Shown piece after piece: positions 57,256-64,000 of a stretch of 64,000 nt of DNA. Numbering within the stretch: the first letter of the stretch is position 1; each line of letters starts with the position of its first letter. A program made the position numbers and the translations under genes. The notes below the pieces were generated by a model, which saw only the letters and a program-made list of their open reading frames with translations, did no database searches and was not told the DNA's origin. Source of the stretch: Eledone cirrhosa (lineage: Eukaryota); NCBI GenBank assembly GCA_964016885.1, contig OZ024742.1, forward strand, positions 305,164,001-305,228,000, in the 5' to 3' direction.

Positions 57256-57533
57256 GAGGATGGACATTAGAAGTGTAGTGTAAGACATGGCTGTGAGGTT
57301 GAGAGTATCGGTTGAGAGGACCAGCTAACGAGAACAAATTGACAGATGCCTCATTTGACATATGAAAAAATATAATCAGTATCAGATAGATGTCTGCTTA
57401 AGAATCACCTTCTTCAACATACATACATACATACATACATACATACATACATACATACATACATACATACATACATTCATACATATATACAAACATATAT
57501 ACCTTCATACATATATACATACATATATACATA

Positions 57534-57740
57534 CATGGTGACTGCCAACTCGTTTTCGAGTACGGCCACTACTTTATATCCATGTAGGAGAACCCTTACC
57601 GATGCGCTGAATGAGTGTGACTTTCTAGTCCAGCCAGCGACTTGAAAACTCTGGTACAGACACTACACTTGTGACAATTATTGACACATAGTGCTGGGCC
57701 CATGGTACCATGTGACGACAAGTGCAGGGAGATCTCCAGA
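57534..57740 (-). mobile_element. RTE LINE 3' end (C2H2 + 3' stem-loop + (TGTA)n tail)
   Basis: Minus strand HKCSVCTRVFKSLAGLESHTHSAHR*. A second stem-loop-only copy lies at 57781-57823. Confidence 0.75.
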
Positions 57741-57911
57741 TATAAAGCAACGCCTGTGCCGTCAAGCTTTTATATATACACGATGGCTGCCCCCTCGTTA
57801 TCGAGTATGGCCATTGCTCGAGGAGAAAAAAAAAAAAAAATAATAATAATAAATAAATAAAAAAAAATTAAAAAAATAAAAAATAAATAAATAAATAAAT
57901 ATATATATATA

Positions 57912-57966
57912 TTACTCTTTTACCTGTTTCAGCCATCCGGCTGAGGCCATGCTGGGGCACAGCCCA
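57912..57966 (-). mobile_element. SINE 3' tail fragment (second type)
   Basis: Minus strand gtgccccagcatggcctcagccggatggctgaaacaggtaaaagagtaa. Confidence 0.6.
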
Positions 57967-58170
57967 TATATATATATATATATATACATATACATACATA
58001 TACACACACACACACACACACACTCACACACACATATACACACACACATACATTAATAACAATAATAATAATAAAAATAATAACAACAATAATAATAACG
58101 ACAACAACAATAATAATATACATATACATATATATATACACACACACGCACACACACAAGCACACCCACA

Positions 58171-58263
<93 letters not shown>

Positions 58264-58269
58264 TAGCAA

Positions 58270-58530
58270 CTAACAGCGCTGCGATCGAATGTGGCTTTTT
58301 AGCCCAGCCAATGATCTAAAATGTCTTGCACAGAGTCGGCAACCAAAACATTTACTGGGAATAGTCGGCTGTGGTTGGAGTTCGTGTACTTTTGCATGTC
58401 GCTTGAGCCCTGCTGCTGATTTACATTCTCTACAACATGTTTGGCAAGCATGATGAGTAGCATCTCCAACAGTAGCCTGGTAGTCAACCACTGGTCTTAC
58501 TTTATGACTGCGAAGATGACTTTCGAGTCA
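58270..58530 (-). mobile_element. RTE LINE C-terminal double C2H2 fragment
   Basis: CQTCCRECKSAAGLKRHAKVH...CRLCARHFRSLAGLKSHIRS. No TGEKP linkers; same motif as the other RTE tails here. Confidence 0.7.
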
Positions 58531-58698
58531 TAGTAAGTAAAGTTAATTTTTTAAAATTTATTTTGAAACTTTTTCTTATTTGCTAAACCTTGATTATATA
58601 TGTTCTGGCTCGTTAATTTATTAACCTGCCATTGCACATTGGCATATGGTTGGACAATACATGTGTCCCTAAGCGCCTTGTGCGTGTAGGAACATATA

Positions 58699-58751
<53 letters not shown>

Positions 58752-59025
58752 CGGGCATACATACATAAATACTGGTGTCTTTGGCCCTAGGGGCACCTCC
58801 TTGCTCACCACTATCGGCACAGTGTTGGCTACACGCATGTGTGAGCTTCCCGAGCTGAAATTGTTCTTCCACCACTCTGTCAGCCTGGGCCACAGGGAGG
58901 CCAGGGCCCACATTTGCTTATAATAGTGAGAGATGGGGAAAGCGGGAAAGACTGAGGCAGTGATGGTGGGAGTTGGGTTCTTTTGTGTTCGGACCTTGTG
59001 TATGTTTCGGGGACAGACACTCATA

Positions 59026-59212
59026 ATTATTTCTACTTTGGGCACAAGGCCAGCAATTACACAGTGCATTACTGGTACTTTATTTTATAAACCCCGTAAG
59101 GATGAAAGGCAAAGTTAACCTCGGCGAGATTTGAACTCGGATCATAAATTGCCAAAACTCTATGCTGTAAAGCATCGTGTCTGGCGCTCTATCGATACTG
59201 CCAATTTACCGT
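59026..59212 (-). mobile_element. Nin-domain SINE with 15-bp TSD
   Basis: ggacagacactcata at 59011-59025 and 59213-59227. Confidence 0.93.
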
Positions 59213-59436
59213 GGACAGACACTCATATGTGTATTTATTTGTGTTAGTTTGTATACCTAATACATACATACTAGAAGGAGGATACTTGCGGACCATTGAT
59301 GAGGAATTTGTAGAATTTCAGGTTCTCACCTATCATTATTGATGGTACAGGATATTTACCAAAGTAAGACTGCGTGCTCGTTTATGAGCACCCGCAAGCA
59401 TATGCATGTGTTCATGTATGTATATGCGTGTGTACG

Positions 59437-59476
<40 letters not shown>

Positions 59477-59625
59477 AGTGTGTGTATTTGTACGTATACG
59501 AGTGTACGCATCCTTGCGTGTCTATGTGTATATATATTTATGTATATGTCTATATATATATCAAAAGCGTGAACCTAATGAACCATTATTTGTCTGCCTC
59601 TCTGTTTTGTTCCCGTATAAATTTG

Positions 59626-59715
<90 letters not shown>

Positions 59716-59737
59716 TTTATAAATTATATATATATGT

Positions 59738-59833
<96 letters not shown>

Positions 59834-60246
59834 ATATATGTATGTGTGTGTTTGTATGTATGTATGCGGATACTGTAGTTTGTTTAATGATGATTTTCAT
59901 TACAAATGTGTTGCCCTAGACAAATAGCGATCAATAATTAACTCCACAGCCCCCAGCTGACCGGTCATTGTCTTCACTTCATGTTTATGAATATCAAACT
60001 ACCTGACCAAAAAAGAAAACACGTTTAATCACGCCCAAACCAACACAAGTACGCGTATAAAACACGTCAGTTAAAAACAAAGGCACAAACACGCACATAC
60101 CGAGACCCATATGAATAAATACACACATGACCCCCCCCAAAAAAAAAATATATATATATATATGTGCCCACGAGGAGCACTCTAACACTTATATACAACC
60201 ACATACAGGAAAAGAAATAGGGCCGATGTTTATGGATACCCATCAT

Positions 60247-60404
60247 CAGTGGCGGACTGGGTCTAAAAATATTGGTTGCCAGGAGATGACGGGGACCCAC
60301 CTATATAAAGAATGCTAACATTGGTCCCTAAAATACTACAGTGGGCTCTGCAATGTGGGACCCCTGGGACCCACTTCCCATTGAGCAATCTGGCAAATCC
60401 GCCA

Positions 60405-60448
<44 letters not shown>

Positions 60449-61153
60449 TGTTTGTTAAAATGATCAAATTAAATTAATTCAACAGTTAAACACACATAGG
60501 AATAATGAGGTTGTTACCAAAGAGCCAGAAGATTGACAAGTCGACCCTAAATGTAACTAATAGCTCTAGGCAAAGAAAGCCATGAACGACACCATATCTT
60601 TAAAACATTGATTTTGAAAGTAGGTTTAAATTTATCCATTTTCATTATACTTTTGTACTTCTTTCAGTGGCCTAGTTAGAGTCATCATAGGCAGTGGTGA
60701 GCTTCGTCTGAAGTTCGATCCTGATCGGGAGTAGGGCTCCCGGTAAACCTTTTCAGTTTTTTCCTATGGAATGTAAGATAAAAACTGAAAAAGACTACAT
60801 GTACATCTCGACCAGGATTGAACCCGAACCAGGATGGCCACCGTCTCTAGTATCTACCTACTACTAGGCTACAGAGACAACTACGAAAATCTTATGAATT
60901 TTCATACTTATAAACCTACTTTCAAAATTTTCAAAACAAAATGATGTAGTCTTAATATTATTGCTCCTACTTAAGGTTGACTTCTAAACCATTTAGGTAT
61001 TTCATAAACTTTCTTTCTCTTAGACGTTAGGTATTTTTTGAAAGCTAAGCATTGGCTCCTAAAATACTATAGTGGGCCCCTACAGTGCTACCGTGGGTCC
61101 CCTCGGGCCCACTTGCGATTGGGTAACCTGGCAACCTGGCCAGTCCGCCACTG
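60247..61153. mobile_element. hAT-type non-autonomous DNA transposon (composite MITE)
   Basis: Perfect 14-bp TIR CAGTGGCGGACTGG; 8-bp TSD CCCATCAT (60239-60246, 61154-61161); extra internal right end at 60314-60407. Confidence 0.88.
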
Positions 61154-62246
61154 CCCATCATCACATAAATCAAAACAATCACTGCATTCTTTATAATATC
61201 TCTTGTTTGAAAAGCAGTTTGATATATGGAGTCGGGTTCATAACTTCTATGGTTGACTCTGAGCCGATACTCTGCGAAATGCTCGTAACCGTTCGATACA
61301 CAATAAAAAAAAATAGCGACATGTAAACAAAACTTCATCGGTTTTCTTAATATATGCATATATATATATAAGTTTTTTCTTAATATATGCATATATATAT
61401 ATAAGTTTTCGGTGCCTAGATTGGAGAGACCAAAAATCGGGGTAATATTCTGTGGATGGGAAGAAGCCGTGTGGGTTTACCCTTTGAAATACTTGCCGAA
61501 TACAAGCCCCCCCCCCCCCCCCCCATATATATATGTGTGTGTGTGTGTGTGTGTATACTACGTGTCTATGCGAACAGCCATAAGCACACATATTTGGAAT
61601 CTCATATCAGCAGTTGTTAGCTATTTCAAGGGAAAGTAACTCTGATATACACATTTCTAATGATTTTCTTCGCTTCTTTGACATTAATATAGTTTATTTT
61701 GTCCCTTGACGTTCATTTACTCGCTTTTCTATATTTTGTTACCAGATACTAAAACTAATGAGGTGTGTATAGAAGAGAATCGAAGTGTGTGTGTGATCAA
61801 TAAGAGGACAGACATAGAGTGACAGACTGAGTGTGATAGAAAATGTGAGATGTTGAACCGAAGGAAAATATATGTGGAAGAGTATGTCAACTGTTAGTAT
61901 TTAAGCAAGTTATGTAGTGTAGTGATGGGAATAAATATATGAGACTGTGGAGGGGAAGGTTGAATGGGAAAATGAAGGATGTAGGTGAATCTCTTATATA
62001 GTGAGAAGGAAAGCAGAATGTAAAGGCATCACCAATGCTAAATGAAGACGTGCATTTCAACGTGCGGGGGGGATGTGAGGGAAGTAGGTGGGTATCAATA
62101 GAAAGTTACCTGGGTGGAAGTGTCCCAAGGATATATATATATCTGTGTGTGCGTGTGTGTGTGTGTGTGTATGCGCGCGCGCGTGATGATGTGATTTAGC
62201 AGGTAGGTATTTTGATTGGTGAATCGGTACCTAAGAATATGCGTGT

Positions 62247-62277
<31 letters not shown>

Positions 62278-62285
62278 GAGAGAGA

Positions 62286-62404
62286 GAATAAGAACGTAGT
62301 TTCTTATTCATTTTCTTATTCTATATATACTCCGTCGTTCCTATGTGGAAAAAGTACGTTGAGTGTTTGAATTAAATTACATCAATATTTACCGTAAGTA
62401 CAAA
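62286..62404 (+). mobile_element. Tail fragment with vestigial arm (gaataagaa/ttcttattc) in (TA)n
   Basis: tactcc (62328-62333) ... ttgagt (62359-62364) motif. Confidence 0.55.
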
Positions 62405-62452
62405 TATATATATATATATATGTACGTATGTATATATATATATATATGTACG

Positions 62453-62653
<201 letters not shown>

Positions 62654-62924
62654 CGGGAAAAACATTCAGAAAATCCCGTTAACCGTCCACGGTCCCGACT
62701 AGCCACCAAATGGAGATGACAGATGTAATAAAGCACCAGCTTTCATATTACGTAGTTTCTGTATAATGCAACTATTATCATGAGCAGTGACTACAACATC
62801 ATAAGCCGTTCTCCAGTTTCTCCCATCACTATTAGTTCCCCTAAACCCTCTCTATATTAAAGAGATAAAGAATGATTGATTGGCACGTGGGTAGATAAAT
62901 AAATATGTTTATAGTTAGGAAAGC

Positions 62925-63002
<78 letters not shown>

Positions 63003-63003
<1 letters not shown>

Positions 63004-64000
63004 GTTTACATACAGGTATATGGAAATAAAACTATTAATACAATAACAAATAACAATTGAAATCCCCAATAGGGAGGGGGCTACACAGGCATTGTACACA
63101 CCCCGAAAAAATGTACAACCCTCATCTCCATGTGCACCAAGAGTGAGTACTCCCTTCCTCTCTTCCTCTTTTTCCTCAACCTACAGGCTTATATAGAGAG
63201 AAGGCCCAACCACTCGGGCCATCTTTGCCACATTCACCTAACTTTTATAAAATTTGCTGGGGTACAGCACCTCTCTCTCCATCCTGATTCTTCTTCCAAA
63301 ATGATATTTGAAAAAACGAATCAGTTGCTCGCCGGAGAGAAAGGTGTCTGACCTCAGCTCTTTTAACCTCCTCCACCATATAACCTCTTTCACCATAGCC
63401 ATAACACATAGGAAAACCGCCTCTCCCTCGTTTTTGAAGGAGGGTGGCGGTTTGATCATGACAATGGACTCGGTGCTCAACTGGGTTGGTCCCACCCGCC
63501 ACAATAGTCGTTCTACTTAGCCCCACAGTAACGCCCGGGCAGTGTACAAATGCGTGTGCGACGGTTTCCTCGTCGCGCACGCATCTCGGACAGATCTTTT
63601 TCGAAGGGTCCCTACCTGCGCGCCCGTGTCTGTAGAGCTTCTCTCGAACTGGTAGAGCTCCTCAGTAGCACTGCCAGGCCAGGGACTTTTGGAAGTTGTC
63701 CATTGGTCCCGGGCGGAAGGTCCTACCGAACAGACTGGCCAGTTCGTCCTCCTCTACGCCTAGAGTTTCCCCGAGCGTGTCGTCGCACTTGCTGCGGACC
63801 AACCCTCTAAAGAATGTCGAAGTGATGTCTCCACTGATTGCCGGGTCCGTTTGCCAGAGGACTGTGAGCGCCTGAGTACATTCGATGTGCCAGTCGCCCA
63901 TTTTCCTCGGTCTTTTCTTTACCCAGGACTGCAGCTCGGTCAGCGAGACGTGTCGTGGGAAGGCTCGCTTCACGAATGGTGCCCACACCGGTTGTCTGGT
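63003..64000 (-). mobile_element. Tx1/L1-clade LINE 3' fragment, frameshifted paralogue of 4660-6004 (runs off the window)
   Basis: VWAPFVKRAFP...PGPMDNFQKSLAWQCY and ETVAHAFVHCP; stop at 63181-63183; homologous 3' UTR; abuts (TAGA)n. Confidence 0.92.

Noticed and set aside
58270-58491. Host C2H2 zinc-finger gene exon
   Set aside because: No TGEKP linkers, and the same SLAGLKSH motif precedes RTE-type 3' stem-loops elsewhere in the window.
58770-58920. GC-rich island as a coding exon
   Set aside because: No recognisable domain or convincing splice sites.

Overview
AT-rich, microsatellite-saturated eukaryotic non-genic DNA. The tRNA-derived Nin/Deu-domain SINEs suggest an octopod cephalopod (inference). 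No host gene can be supported, and almost all listed ORFs are translations of simple repeats. Conventional content: two 3' fragments of a Tx1/L1-clade LINE (both abutting (TCTA)n), several RTE relics, three Penelope-like element (PLE) coding fragments (GIY-YIG/RT), ~18 SINE copies, a hAT-type and a Tc1/mariner-type MITE, an 11.6-kb (AAC)-derived satellite and several minisatellites. The most striking signal is a set of eight fold-back (palindromic) non-coding elements from several sequence families, all embedded in (TA)n. They share one architecture: inverted arm / arm / unpaired tail. Five carry recognisable minimal type I hammerhead ribozymes (HHR) and two more are folded back exactly at an HHR stem II. 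A TAMTCC...TTGAGT motif recurs at the arm/tail junction in most families. One element is a terminally redundant ~423-nt HHR monomer with an octamer motif (retrozyme-like). This looks like a PLE-mobilised, (TA)n-targeted ribozyme retroelement system.
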